From Octopus sinensis (Eukaryota): a stretch of 64,000 nt of DNA. The notes under the pieces were generated by a model. It did not search any database. It saw only the letters and a program-made list of their open reading frames with translations, and had not been told where the DNA came from. Below are positions 1-12,814 of this stretch, in pieces; within the stretch, counting starts at the first letter, position 1, and the number at the start of each line of letters is the position of its first letter. Where the stretch lies: NCBI RefSeq assembly GCF_006345805.1, contig NC_043005.1, positions 33,852,001 through 33,916,000 of the forward strand. Reading direction: 5' to 3'. The position numbers were made by a program, and so were the translations under genes.

Positions 1-118
1 ATTAAGTATAGGAAAGAATGGAGCTGAACGAAACATATGTCGAAAATAAAATAAAGGAATTTTGTTAAATCTTCGTTCAGCTCCATTCTTTCCTATACTT
101 TATATATATATATATAGT

Positions 119-3053
119 TGTGGAGAGAGCCATCGACACCTCTGGGAAATTGGAAAAATGGACTAGCCAAACTCTTACAAAAAGTAGTGTATTGGTTGAA
201 ACGGAAAGGTCGTAGGAGTTGCTGAGAGTTCGTTAAGAGTTTGTATTTATTGGAGTATCGTGTTTAGTGGAGTAATTTGAAGCACGTCGTGTGAAGACAG
301 TTGTGTCTATCTCCGCTTCGTGAATTCTGTATATCCAACGTATAGAAGGACATAAAAGTGGCAACGAGAATATCCACTTATAAAAGTGGCGACGAGTTTA
401 TTCGAAGCTTACGTCGAACGTTAACATTTTCATTTGATACAAAATCAAGAAAAATTAGTTAACATGGAAGACTCCGTGGTGCAGTTGCAACAGCAGCAGC
501 AACTACAACAGCAATAAAAGCAACAATACCAAGAGGTGCTAAAATTAATGTTGAAGTCCCAAAATACTTCAGATTCGTTCTCGCCAGATGGAGTAGCAAA
601 CGCGATTGCAGAATTTAGTTATAACCCAGAAGAAGGTACTACTTTTTTGCATACTTCCGAAGATATGAAGAAATCTTCAAAGAGGAATGGGAAAATTGGA
701 CGGACAATAAAAAGGTACGACTACTTTTAAGAAAATTATCCCCTGCCGAACACGAAAAATACTGTAACTACATTCTGCCCAAAAAACAATGTCAAATTTG
801 TTTCGATGAAACATTTAAATTGTTATCGAAAATTTTCAGTGAGAGAAGTTCCCTATTCAATATTCGCTGGGGGGGGGGGGTAAATGTAGTAAAAAAAAAG
901 ATGAAGATTTCGTCACCTATGTCGAGAATATGAAAAATTCAAATTAAAAGAATTAACCCCGGACATGTTCAAATGTATGATTTTTGTTCAAGGGTTAACT
1001 TCAAGCAAAGATGCAGAGATACGTACCCGGATATTGACAAAATTGGAACAAGACCAGAATTTGACTCTGTGGGCAGTAGTAGAGGAATGTCAGAGAATTA
1101 TTAATCTACAACATGACGCAAATAAAATTGAAGAAAAAGATTACCCTCACATGCATGCGTATCGACCTGTAATGGATGAGAAAAAAAGAAAAACGAAGAT
1201 CTAGACCCAATCTATGCTATAGGCGTGGAGGTCAGCATTTTAGAAAGTTTGTTTACATAAAAATCAATAATGTGAACGTGAAGTTATAGCTAGATACAGG
1301 CAGTGATATCACAATTAACACTGACACATGGAGAAAAATAGGAAAGCCTACATTAATGGAAACTTCAAAAATTGCGAAAGGTGTCTCAAGCAAAAAATTA
1401 TATTTTGGGGGCGAAATGATTACTAAGGTTACATTTCAGGGTAAAAACTTTAAAGCAAAAGATTTTGTGTTGATTGATGCAACAAACTTGTTCGGTACTG
1501 ACTGGATGGAGTTGTTTAATTTATGGGACTTCCCCATAAATCTGATCTGTAAAAATATAAATGGTTTTTCCTTCAGTGAAAACAAGTCGTCAACGAATTG
1601 AAAGAAAAAATTAAAAATATTTTTCCTGAAGTTCTATCCGACAAATTAAGTCTGTGTCCAAGACAAAGGCGTGTTTTCAAATAAAAGAAAACGCCATACC
1701 AGTATTTAAACCAAAACGAATGGTACCTTGCGCAGCGATGAAGCAATGAAGAACTAGAGAGACTAGAAAAAATTGGAGTTATCCAAAAAGTGGAATATTC
1801 TAAATGGGCAGCATCAACTTCGTATATTAAGAAAAAATAATAAAATTAGAGTGAGTGCTGCTTTTCTCACTGGTTTCAACGAATGTCTTAAACGTACCAC
1901 TATTGTATACCCACACGGGAGGATATTTTTGTGAAGTTAAACGGTGGAAAGTTATTCTCTAAATTGGATCTCTCTGACGCGTTCCTACAAATTAGAGTTG
2001 ACGATGAATACTCGAAGTACTTAACAGTTAACACATATAAAGGACTGTATAAGTACAACAGGTTACCATTTGGTTTAAAAGTCGCACCAGCGATTTTTCA
2101 ACAGATTACGGATGCAATGTCAGCGGACTGTGAATTTGCAATTCCATATCTGGGTAATATACTCATTAAAGCGAATCCAGGGATCAACACGTCGAGCACG
2201 TAAAGTATGTATTTGAAAAAATTAAGGATTACGGCTTTACCTTGTGTTATGGCGAGTATCATGACACCTCCAGTGAAAATGGAGTAGCCGAACTCGTACA
2301 AGTAGCAGCGTGTTTGACTGAGAGCGACAGTGTCGTTCGTGGGTTTGTGGAGTCGCAGGAAATTGTTGAGTAGTTGTTATAGTTCGTTGAGAGTTGTTTT
2401 GGATTCGTTATAGTTGTTGGCAGAGTATTTGGGAATACATCAAGTGGCACGACACTAAGTCAACATATACAGAAATCACGTTATAAAACCTTCAATTAAA
2501 AAAGTGTGAATTTTTCTTACGGGAAATAAAATATTTAGGACAAATCATTGACAAAAATGGACGACGACGCAATAAAAAATATGCCTCCTCCGACTAATAT
2601 AGGGACATTACAAGCATTTCTAGGACTGGCAAATTATTACCAAAATTATATCTAAATATGCATAACATTAGGGTTCCACTGAATAGTTTGCTGAAAAAAG
2701 ATATGAAATGGAATTGGTCAGAAAATTATCAAAAAGCGTTTGACAAAATTTTTTAAATATTAATATTTGTTTTGTCATTAGCTCACTTCGATCCTACAAC
2801 AGAGATTGTTGTAGCTTCAGACGCATCTGAGTACGGAATAGGAGCAATAATGCTGCATAAATATAAAGATAGTAATATGAAGGTGGTGGTTCATGCCTCA
2901 TGTTCTCTGATATCCGCAGAGAAAAATTATAGTCAAATCGAAAAAGAGACTCTAGCGATTATTTTTGCCGTGAAAAAATTTCACAGATTTTTGCACGGTA
3001 GAAGCTTTCGGCTACTGACTGTACACCGACCGTGCAACGTTTCGTCACGTTGA
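119..3053 (+). mobile_element. Decayed Ty3/Gypsy (Mag/K02A2.6-like) LTR retrotransposon: 5' LTR-like segment, PBS, fragmented gag-PR-RT-RNase H; truncated before integrase
   Basis: TG-starting LTR-like segment from 119; PBS tggcgacgag at 387-396 (complement of tRNA-Ser(GCU) 3' end); ORF fragments FSYNPEEGTTF, FKCMIFVQGL, FSKLDLSDAFLQI..YNRLPFGLKVAPAIFQ (RT), DASEYGIGA..NYSQIEKETLAIIFAVKKFH (RNase H); many stops and frameshifts. Confidence 0.9.
2244..2487 (+). mobile_element. Solo-LTR-like insertion inside the RT region of the Gypsy relic
   Basis: Non-coding block interrupts RT between KIKDYGFTL and KKCEFFLREIKYLG; shares motifs with the LTR at 119-357 (gacacctc, aaaatgga.tagcc.aactc.tacaa, agttcgtt.agagtt); flanked by acctt at 2239-2243 and 2488-2492. 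Confidence 0.6.
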
Positions 3054-4254
3054 TGTAGGAGCCTGGGTTTTCGAGGATCAACGGGACGAAACGTTACAAG
3101 TTATGCATTGCTGAACGCACGAGAATCCTGAAAGACTCACTCATACCAGAGAGCATCCTTAACTCCAAAACGGAAATTTTCGGACCATGTTTGCATTTTA
3201 GGAGATTCCTGCTAGGTGACGGCACAGCCGGAAGATTCCGCAAGGTGACGGCAAAACCGGAAGCCGATAGCCAAAGCCGAAGGGAGACAATCGTTTACCT
3301 TCGTTAGTTTTGGTCACAGCAAAATGGCAGCGCGGCCTGAAACTCGATGGCCAATGGCAAAGGAGATAATAATCTATTGTTTACCTTCCCAGTGAGGCAT
3401 TTGTCCCTCCATATTTTGAAGAGGTCTTAGGCTACCAGTTTTGGGTTCTCACGATACGCGCTAAGGCCAAGCCCCTCATGGATGGGAAACCCAGAGTAAC
3501 CCCATAAACCGGCCTCTTCCATTATAATATATATATATTAGTTTCCAATAGAGACACAAGGTAACACATATCAGCAGAGGGATGATTCGCTTTCAGCGCC
3601 CCACGACGTTAGCAGATATTTATTTTATCGATCCTATAAGTAATGAAGATAAGGTCGACCTTGGTGGTATTTGAACTCAGAACATAAAAATGTGTAGCTA
3701 AACACTGCAAACTATTTTGTAATGATCTTCGTCAATTTCGTCAGCAACTGTATTTCCCATATCCTTTGTATTGAGGTTAGATGAACTGGAGTAGATAGTA
3801 AAACAGTACATAAACAATATTGGACAGATGAAGATCTTCTCACATTTATTGTTAGAAAAGAAATTATCTTATCAAGAATGATTGAGAAAGTGCGAATAGG
3901 AAGAAAGTTTTTAAAAATGCAAAAAACAAAAGTGCAATGTCGAACGAATTGATATTTCAATGTTGGAACACTTTAAAGTATTTGTTTTTCTTGACACAAG
4001 AACCGAGGAATTACAGTCAATTTTCTTGAATTCTGCCGCCGATTCCTTTGATAAATATATGAAAGACACGACTGCCCATTTCTACACCCAATTAAAAATC
4101 CTAAGTAACATGTAGAATCGTTGTTATTAAAGATTTTGGATTGACAGTATCGGTTGAGCGTCAGGTATAAATCCTAAGCGGCGTCACTTCGAAATCAGAC
4201 TCTACTATGCCTTTCATCCTTCCGGGGTCGATAAAATAAAGTACGAGTTGAACA

Positions 4255-6238
4255 CAACCTTTTTCATCGACCACAACTGCTCAACCTCCTAAGATATCCT
4301 GTCATATCTATCGACTTTTCTTTCTTCCTTATCGCATACCTCGATGTCAGCTGGGCATGCTATATCTATGATCCAGTATCGTTTGCTTTCTTTCTCAATT
4401 AATACTATGTCTGGTTTCCTATTCTCTATTTCATGGTCGCACTGAATCATAAAATCCCACAGGATTTTTGCATTATTATTTTCGTTGATGACTTCGGGTT
4501 TCTGTTCGTGTCACTTTTTTGCTCTGTCAAGTCCATACTTGTGGCAAAGTATTCAATGGACAATTCTTGCTATATTGTCATGGTATCTCTTATATTCTTT
4601 CTGGGCTAGTGACGTACATTGACTGGTAATATGCTATACGGTTTCACCATTTTATCCACAAATTCTAAATTTCTAATGTGTTGCCACTTCTGTATTTGAT
4701 GTAATTGGTTTTTAGTGCTTGCTCTTGGGCAGCACAGATTAGAGCCTCCGTTTCCGGTTTTAAATCACTTTTAGTCATCCATAGCCATCTTTTTTCTCTG
4801 TCTGTCTGATCTTCAACATCCCTATGAAATTGTCCATGCATTCTTTTTTATCCACCTATTTTCAGTTTCATTCATTCTCAATTGCTTGTACAGTGCTTTA
4901 TCTTTGCAATCTTCCATCCTACACAAGCCTGACTTTCTTACTTCCAATAATAATGGTTCTGTGGAATTTTTTACATATGTTGTTTTCTTCTGCTCTAATG
5001 CTGTGTTCACATCCAATCAGTCTTCTTCCCCTTCTTTTTCTTGGTACATACAGTCTGTCTGTGTCATTATTTGGGTGGAGTATCCCATATCTAGTCAGCA
5101 ATTTCCTTGACTTTCTGTTTAAGCTGTTTAGTTCGTCTACTGTCCATGCGATTACCCCTGCTCTACATCTGAGGAACGAAACCGCCCAGGTGTTGATAGC
5201 TCCAATCTTATTCTGTCCGTTTAATTTCGACTTAAGGATCAGTCTCAGTCTGCACAAATACGACACCTTAAATTTTTCTGTCATTTTTTTCTCAATCTAT
5301 TTATCCATTTCTAAAATACCCAAGTACTTATAGCTCGTCTCTTCTATCTGCTTCATAACCTCCCCCGACGGTATCGCTAGCCCGTCCATACATTTCATTT
5401 TGCTTCTCTTCAAGACTAACACATCAAACTTTTTCAGTCTGAACTCAATTCTGATATCAGCACTGAAAGTATACACCGTATCAACGAGGGACCTGACTTG
5501 GGATTCATCTTTACCATAAAGTTTGAGGTCATCCGCGAATAACAAGTGGTTGACTTTTTGTTGGCTGCTTTTGAATACATACCCAGCCTTTGCTTTCCTC
5601 AGAATCAGTGTTAGTGGTATCATGCACGGTAGAAAGATCATGCGGATAAGCAGTCCTCTTGGAAGATGCCTCTCCTGATTTCTATTGTCCCTAAACTTCT
5701 TCCATATGTTGTCAGTTCCGTCCTCCACTTTGCCATACTTTTTCCAAGCAATCGCTCAACATTCGATGCAATACCAAATATGTTCATACGTTCCATAATC
5801 GAAGAATTTAGGATCATATTGTACGCCTTACGATAATCGATCCATGGCATGACTAAGTTAGTTTTTCTCCTCTTGAAGTCACTAAGTACAGTTTTTCTAA
5901 CAGGAGTTGATCTTTGGTACCTTTGCACTTACACTTACAACCCTTATGCTCATGTGGCAGGACTCCATTTTTTCTAGATGTCCGTTCATTGACTCTGCGA
6001 CTATTCCAGTCAATAATTTCCACATAAGCAGCAAGCAGGATATCGGCCTGTAATTGCCTACCGTATTGCCATTTTCGATGTTTTTCAAGCGCAGTACTGT
6101 CCTATTCATTGTCAACCACTCTGGTGTTACTTGGTCTGCATTTAACAAGGTGTGGAGTTGTGCAGCTATTCGTACATGACATTCACCAAATCTTTTGATT
6201 CAGTACCCTTGAACTCCATCTAGTCCCAGGACCTTCCG
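4255..6238 (-). mobile_element. R4/Dong-type non-LTR retrotransposon fragment (RT plus restriction-like endonuclease region), decayed
   Basis: ORF pieces NYRPISCLLLMWKLLTG, WIDYRKAY, VNHLLFADDLKLYGK, LKSKLNGQNKIGAINTWAV, LHPNNDTDRLYVPRKR; 5' end abuts an (ATT)n tract on +. Confidence 0.85.
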
Positions 6239-6241
6239 GTA

Positions 6242-6288
<47 letters not shown>

Positions 6289-8720
6289 CCCTTCGTAACA
6301 CAGTGTAGGTAAAAATGCACCGGAGTCTTTAGTCATTTGTCAAGTCACGACTTTTACATTACCCTCTCGCATTCCATACAGTCTTGTCATCTCCACTTTC
6401 AATTCTGAGTACTTAGTGATTTTTTTCAACCTCTTTACTCACAACATTCATGTAATTTAGTATGACTACATCAATGATCTGACATTATTTGTCTCTGTTA
6501 TCCAACGGTGTTCCATTACACGGTCCGTCTGAAATCATAGTCCCAGAGTATCGTTACCTTTCCATCCTCCTGCATAACTTTACTTGGTACATGCTCAAAC
6601 CTCTTCTCTGTTACTTCATATTGGTATGATCGACATAAGAGCTAATGAAGATACACACACACTTTATCGTGGTGGCGTTTGTATTCTTTTTGTGCAAGGC
6701 TCTCACATCCACTTACCAAGTGGGTCACATTTTCCACACTCTTCCCACAGAGTTTGCATTTCTGGGTGCCAGAAGTTTTATAGATGTTATACTTCACTGA
6801 CTTGGTAGTGGGAGCCTGGTCATGTGCAGCAATGATCAGGCTTTCGGTGGTACGCTTCAAATCACCTCGCTCAAGCCATGCTCACATTGCTGTATTATCC
6901 TTAAAGTCCTGCGTATTCCTTTAAACTGTCCGTGCATTCTCATTTCAAGATGGTTTTCTTTTCTCTTCTCCTCAGCTCTTTGGTTAAGCTCTTCCTTGCC
7001 CATCATTTCATCTGAATTTATACTCATATCTTTCGCGGCATATTCCAGCAGGTCATCATCACTATTTAATCAAACACTCGGTAAGTGTTCTCCTTTCACT
7101 CCTTATACAGTGGGCTATACTAATTAGTTCTCTGCCACCATTCTTTCTTTTCATATACAGCCTGTTTACGTTTGCTTTAGGGTGTAGCGCCCCATGCAGC
7201 GACATCAACTTTCTTGACCTTCTATCTAGTATTGGAATTTTCTCCTTAGTCTATTTGAGGATGGACGCACTATATCTGACCACCGCAACTACCCAGTTAT
7301 TCATTGTGGTAATCAAATTTTTGGCATTCAGGTTGGATTTCAACACCATCTTCACCCTTTTTTTATATGCTTCGCTGACCTTGACTTTCATTTCTCTGTG
7401 TAGAATGACATCCAGATCCCAAAATCCCATGGCCTCTCCTGATGGTAACCGCAATCCTCTGTAGGCTGCTTTCTTCCCTCTTTTCATATTAAGTACTGAG
7501 CATTTGGTAGTCCCAGATTCGATACCGATGTCCCTACCACACTTCTGGACTGTTTTGGTTAAGGAATCTATCTGCTTTCTAGATTTCCCACACAATTTCA
7601 GGGCATCCATAAACAGAAGATCGTTCAATGATGGGCCTTTCTTCCCATATCGGTAACCCATCTTAACTTTCCTAAGTGTCATTGTTATGAGTATTAGTGC
7701 AATTACAAATAGTAACGGAGAGAACATTAGTATTAACTTCTCCAAGGAATACATTACTTGAGTACAATTTGGTTTTCGACTCTTTCATGCCATGCATCAG
7801 AAAATTTGTGATGTTGTCAGCAACACCAAACATCTACAGGCATTCAACGATCCAAGAATGAGGCATCATATCATATGCCTTCTTAATGTCAATCCAAGCC
7901 ATAGATATGTTTGTATGATGTTTTTTTACAATACCTCAACTGTTTTATTGATGACCAGGTGATCCTTGGTACCCTGAGAATTTGTTCCCTTGGTAGTATT
8001 TCTTTCTGTACCAGGAAAGTATATGTCTTTGCCGCACATATTCCAGTGATTATCTTCCCGATTATGTTTAGGCATGCTATGGGACGATAGCTTCCCACAA
8101 TATTCCCCTTTCTTCTATCTTTCATTATAAGTGTTATCCTCCCAGTCACTATCCACGCGGAGACTGTTCCTTTCTAGACACACTCATTCAATTGGGCTCA
8201 TTCATGCACCGCGTGACATCTCTTCAGCCAAAAGCTATGAATCCCATCTGGTCCGGATGCTTTCGAGTTAGGCACTTTACCCACTTGTTCTTTCCCATCA
8301 ACCGTGCTTATAACAATATTCCTTTGTTCCTTTCCTCCTTGTAAATTTGTCTTGATATTTCCTCTCCACATTGCATCCCTTTTATGCAGCACATTGTTTC
8401 CCCATAATCCACTCCAGAATTCCTTGGCTTGATTTGCAGTTACTTGTTATGTTTCTTTTCACAATATGCTTTTTTAATTTCTCGGAAGGAGGCTTTGTAC
8501 TGCAATTAAAGACCCTTCAGTCTCTGCTTTGAGTCCTGAGCTTCTCAGCCATTGTTGGGATTTTGCTTTGTCTATTTCTTTTGCGTTTAGTTTAATCCGG
8601 TATTTGCCATGAAGGGGCTTTTCTTGCTATCGTTTTATCGTGATCCGTTGCTGTTCTAGTTTTAGTTTGGATTTCATTTGTTTTACAGCTTTTGTTGTTT
8701 CTTCTTTTTCTTCATAGTTG
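6289..8720 (-). mobile_element. Second R4/Dong-type LINE fragment, decayed
   Basis: SKASGPDGIHSFWLK, SYRPIACLNII, SPLLFVIALI..LLFMDALKL, TESLIIAAHDQ..CKLCGKSVENVTHLVSGCESLAQKEYKRHHDKV (CCHC knuckle ahead of REL); flanked by (TAA)n/(CAA)n on its own strand. Confidence 0.85.
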
Positions 8721-8884
8721 TTAGGTAGTATGACTTCTTGTTTGTATTTGTCAGCTTCCTTAAAGAATGAAAACAGTTTTTTTGTTGTTATTATGTTGTT
8801 TTTTTGTTGTGGTTGTTATTATTATTATTATTATTATTATTGATATTGCTGCTGCTGTTGTTGTTATTGTTGTTGTTTTTTCCT

Positions 8885-9223
8885 TATTTCTTTAACTTTT
8901 CTTCCATTTCTCACCGAGTGTTTTCCGTACACCTAGGGCAGAGAAACTCATTGTATGCATTCCCAGATTACACACGCAAATTCACAGGTAAAATATGTAT
9001 TTAAAAAATTAATAAATAAATTCAGGAATGGATGTTGTTTTCACAGCGATAATGCTCTTCTCAGTACATGAGTCGTTCCAGTTAACACGCCTTTTTCCCC
9101 ACCCTGTAGGGATGGTAAGCTTGGTATCATTTTCAAATAGGTTTCAGTACCTATTTTTCTCATTCCTAGAGATCCTACAATCACTAGTACTATAGTCACC
9201 TTGAGATGCCACATTTTTTTCAA
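8885..9223 (-). mobile_element. 3' end of an R4/Dong-type LINE (subfamily B)
   Basis: KMWHLKVTIVLVIVGSLGM..LTGTTHVLRRALSL (REL C-terminus) followed by a T-rich 3' UTR. Confidence 0.75.
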
Positions 9224-9357
9224 ATTCTATTAGCAAGTCTTTATATTTACTGGTCTTGTCAAATTCTTTCACCGCTATATTATGATCGCAAGGAATACTC
9301 ATGTCAATTAATAAACACTTTTTTTATCCGGTTTTATAGTTTTTTCGGCATGTACGG

Positions 9358-9407
<50 letters not shown>

Positions 9408-9834
9408 GAAGACGTTGCACAGTATCCAATAGCGTGATGTCGTTGATTGAAGATATTATGCCTATCGGGGGCTTGTACTGTCTGTCAAGTCACAACAAGG
9501 ACCTCAGACAGACATTACTTTACGCAATATGCGTGCAGTTTCAAGTAATTCCGATTTTTGCAATACACCTAAATTGTAAGGTATTTTTAAAGTTTCCCGA
9601 TGTTTCCTCAGGTTGGGTGGTATTGAACACAATGATCCGATGACAATAGGAATAACTTTTATGCTTGACTCTCGTAGCTGCCACATCTTAGCGATCTCAA
9701 TTCTCAGGTCTCCATATTTATCAATCTTTTCCCTTTCGTTCATGATAATATGTTAATCTCCTGGCACTGCCATATAGATTATTAGGCACTCTTGTTTGTC
9801 CCTCCTAAAGGTTATTATATCCGGCCTTCGGATA

Positions 9835-9835
<1 letters not shown>
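9408..9835 (-). mobile_element. 5'-truncated R4/Dong-type LINE (subfamily A) inside a (TAA)n tract
   Basis: RPDI motif region, EKIDKYGDLRIEIAKMWQL..VIPIVIGSL..ARILRKVMSV; microsatellite on both sides. Confidence 0.85.
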
Positions 9836-9877
<42 letters not shown>

Positions 9878-9879
<2 letters not shown>

Positions 9880-10092
9880 GGTGACGAGCTGGCTGAACCG
9901 TTAACACGCCGGGCGAAATGCTTAGCGGCATTTCGTCCGTCTTTATGTTCTGAGTTCAAATTCTGCCGAGGTCGACTTTGCCTTTCATCCTTTCGGGGTC
10001 GATGAAACAAGTACCAGTTACGCACTGGGTTCGATGTAATCGACTTACTCCCTTCCCCCAAATTTCAGACCTTCTGCCTATAGTAGAAAGGA

Positions 10093-10095
<3 letters not shown>
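9878..10095 (+). mobile_element. tRNA-derived SINE family 1, full length, tail ending in (ATT)n
   Basis: Head ggtgacgagctggctgaaccgttaacacg with B-box-like gagttcaaatt; core gtcgactttgcctttcatcctttcggggtcgat..gtaccag; (ATT)n both sides. Confidence 0.9.
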
Positions 10096-10141
<46 letters not shown>

Positions 10142-10867
10142 ATGACGGAAACATTAAAACTATAATAACAAGAACGACATTCTATTTTTTGCATGTATTG
10201 TAACTTGAAAAGAAAGAAGAAAGAACAGGCAAAGGTATGTCACAAAAATTAGTACTACCTTGCCCAACAAATTTATCCAGGCAAAAGAAGGAAGTTGACC
10301 TAGCGTTATTTTTCGTTATTTTTTTAATGGAGACGGTTTCTACGTGCCCCGTAAAAGTAACTGCAAGAAATTAATTGACTAGAGCAAGGCATATAGTGAT
10401 GTATTCCTTGTTTTTAAGACTAAGAATCTGAAGGAGAAAGAAGGACGTTGACTCTTGGGTTGTCGTCACCATTTACGCAGCATTAGGAGCATACAGTGGT
10501 CGAGGAGGCCAAAATTTGGTTGGGTCTGCTTGAACTTCCAAGTCTTGATGAGCCCCGGTAACCACAAGACTGCACCGCTATACCCCACTAAGAGAACAGA
10601 GATGATATTGAACAGATTGATGTGCCAGGGCAGAAAAGTGTTCTAACTGGGCCCCACCTGCAAGGTCATGCGTTGTTTGTCTTAATATCAAGTCATCATG
10701 TCGCGCAAATATAATTGTGATGCATGTGCCTGGTATACCCTTATCAGAAAAGTAGTCATGATGAGTATATTGGGCTTCGTATATTTGTACCTCAGCGTCA
10801 CTTTGATGACATGCATTGCTCTCTCTCTCACTCAATGATAATAATAACAACAACAATAATGATAATA

Positions 10868-11260
10868 ATATCCAGACAGACAAGGTGTCAGAGCACCGAA
10901 GGCCAGATATAGTAACCTTTAGGAGGGGCAGACAAGTATGCCTAACAATCGACGTGGCAGTGCCAGGAAATCAACATATTATGAACGAAAAAGATTGATA
11001 AATGTAGAAACCTGAGAATTGAGATCGCTAAGATGTGACAACATAAAGGTTGTCCCTATTGCCATCGGACCATTGGGTTCAATACCACCCAACCTGAAGA
11101 AACATCTGGAAACTTTAGAAATAGCTTATAATCTAGGTGCATTGCAAAAATCGGCATTGTTTGGAACTGCACGCATATTGCGTAAAGTAATGTCTGTCTG
11201 AAGTCCTTGTTGTGACTTGACAGACAGTACAAATTCCCGATAGACACAAAAGACACTTAT
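10868..11260 (+). mobile_element. 5'-truncated R4/Dong-type LINE (subfamily A)
   Basis: HRRPDIVTF..CLTIDVAVPGN and VVPIAIGPLGSIPPNLKKHLETL..ARILRKVMSV; close homolog of 9408-9835; preceded by (TAA)n. Confidence 0.85.
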
Positions 11261-11889
11261 CGGTGGCTACGAAGCACAGGGCTAAAGGCAGAGAGTGAAG
11301 GCTTTATCTTGGCTGCCCAAGACCAGAGCTTATTGACCCGGAACTATCGAGCCAATAAGATGAAAAATGGTGTACGCCAAAAGTGCCGATACTGCAACGA
11401 TGGGATATAAACAAAGGACCACCTAATCTCTGGATGTAAGGCTTTAGCTCCTGTAGATATAATCGAAATTGGAAAGGTGTGGCATCTCAAGACGTTTACA
11501 ATACCAGTGATTGTAGGAGCACTTGGAATGATCAAAAACAGAAACTGAAAATTATTTAAGAATGATCCCTGGCTTACCATCCATGCAGGAAGTGCAAAAG
11601 ATTGTCCTAACTGGTACGTCACTCGTTGTGAGAAGTGCATTGAGGCTCTGAATTTTCTTTCCTTTTTTACCCACTTTATTTTATTTGTTTACTTTTTTAT
11701 TTTTTATTTTTTATTTTTCCTTTTTCTCTCTGTCTTCCCCTTTTTCTCTATGACATGACTTTCTAAATGAATAATCCGGTGTGTATATTTTAATGGCCTA
11801 CCAATATATACAGTATATTTCTCTGCCCTAGGTATCAGTAAGACACTCGGCAAGAAATGGAAACGGAATTGAAAGAAGGTGCTAATGAA

Positions 11890-11890
<1 letters not shown>
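11261..11890 (+). mobile_element. Internally deleted R4/Dong-type 3' fragment (subfamily B)
   Basis: GLKAESEGFILAAQDQSL..CRYC..HLISGCKALA joined to VWHLKTFTIPVIVGALGMI; 3' UTR ends in (TAA)n. Confidence 0.8.
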
Positions 11891-11938
<48 letters not shown>

Positions 11939-11941
11939 TAA

Positions 11942-12337
11942 TGGTTTCAAATTTTTTCATAAAGACAGCCATTTTGCGGGAGAGGAAGTATCGATTACAT
12001 CGACCACAATGTTCAACTGCTACTTAATTTATCGACCCCGAAAGGGTGAAAAGGAAAAGTCGACCTCAGCGGAATTTGAACTCAGAACGTAGCATCAGAC
12101 GAAATATCTATTTCTTTACTGGCCACAAGGGGCTACACACAGAGGGGGAAAACAAAGACAGACAAACGGATTAAGTCGATTATATCGACCCCAGTGCGTA
12201 ACTGGTACTTATTTAATCGACCCCTAAAGGATGAAAAGCAAAGTCGACCTCGGCGAAATTTGAACTCAGAACGTAGCGGCAGACGAAATACCACTAAGTA
12301 TTTCGTCCGACGCGCTTACGATTTTACTAGCTCACCG

Positions 12338-12340
<3 letters not shown>
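11942..12340 (-). mobile_element. Compound SINE family 1: Tx1-tailed copy (12108-12340) joined to the 3' part of an (ATT)n-tailed copy (11942-12107)
   Basis: Two tandem cores; junction reads aaagaaatag|atatttcgtctg on the minus strand. Confidence 0.85.
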
Positions 12341-12370
<30 letters not shown>

Positions 12371-12372
<2 letters not shown>

Positions 12373-12728
12373 GTTTCAAATTTTGCCACAGGGGCAGCAA
12401 TTTGGGGGGAGGGGGAAAGTCGATTACATCGGCCTGAGTGTTTCTGTGGTACTTAATTTATCGATCGCGAAAGGATGAGAATTTGAACTCAGAACGTAAC
12501 GACAGGTGAAATACCGCTAAGCATTTCGTCCTGCGTACTAACGATTCGGGCAGCTTGGAGATGAGTCAATTACAACGACCCAGTGTTCAACTGGTACTTA
12601 CTTCAACGACCCCGAAAGGATGAAAGGCAAAGTCAACCTCGGCCGAATTTGAACTCAAACGTAGTGACAGGCGAAATACTGCTAAGCGTTTTGTCTTGCG
12701 TGCTAACGATTCTGCCAGCTCGCCACCT
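12371..12728 (-). mobile_element. Two further tandem SINE family 1 copies
   Basis: Two gaatttgaactca B-box-like motifs and two cores; (AAT)n flanks on +. Confidence 0.85.
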
Positions 12729-12766
12729 TAATAATAATAATAACAACAATAACAACAACAACAAGA

Positions 12767-12814
<48 letters not shown>

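Noticed and set aside
24-60. Hammerhead-like ctgaacga..cgaaa in the loop region of the first inverted repeat
   Set aside because: Core has an extra base, stem II has no loop and stems I/III do not pair
868-881. Poly-G runs (also about 43509-43523)
   Set aside because: Isolated homopolymers inside decayed repeats; could be expansion or sequencing artefact, no functional evidence
9878-9970. Functional tRNA genes in SINE heads
   Set aside because: No complete cloverleaf; they continue into SINE core and tail
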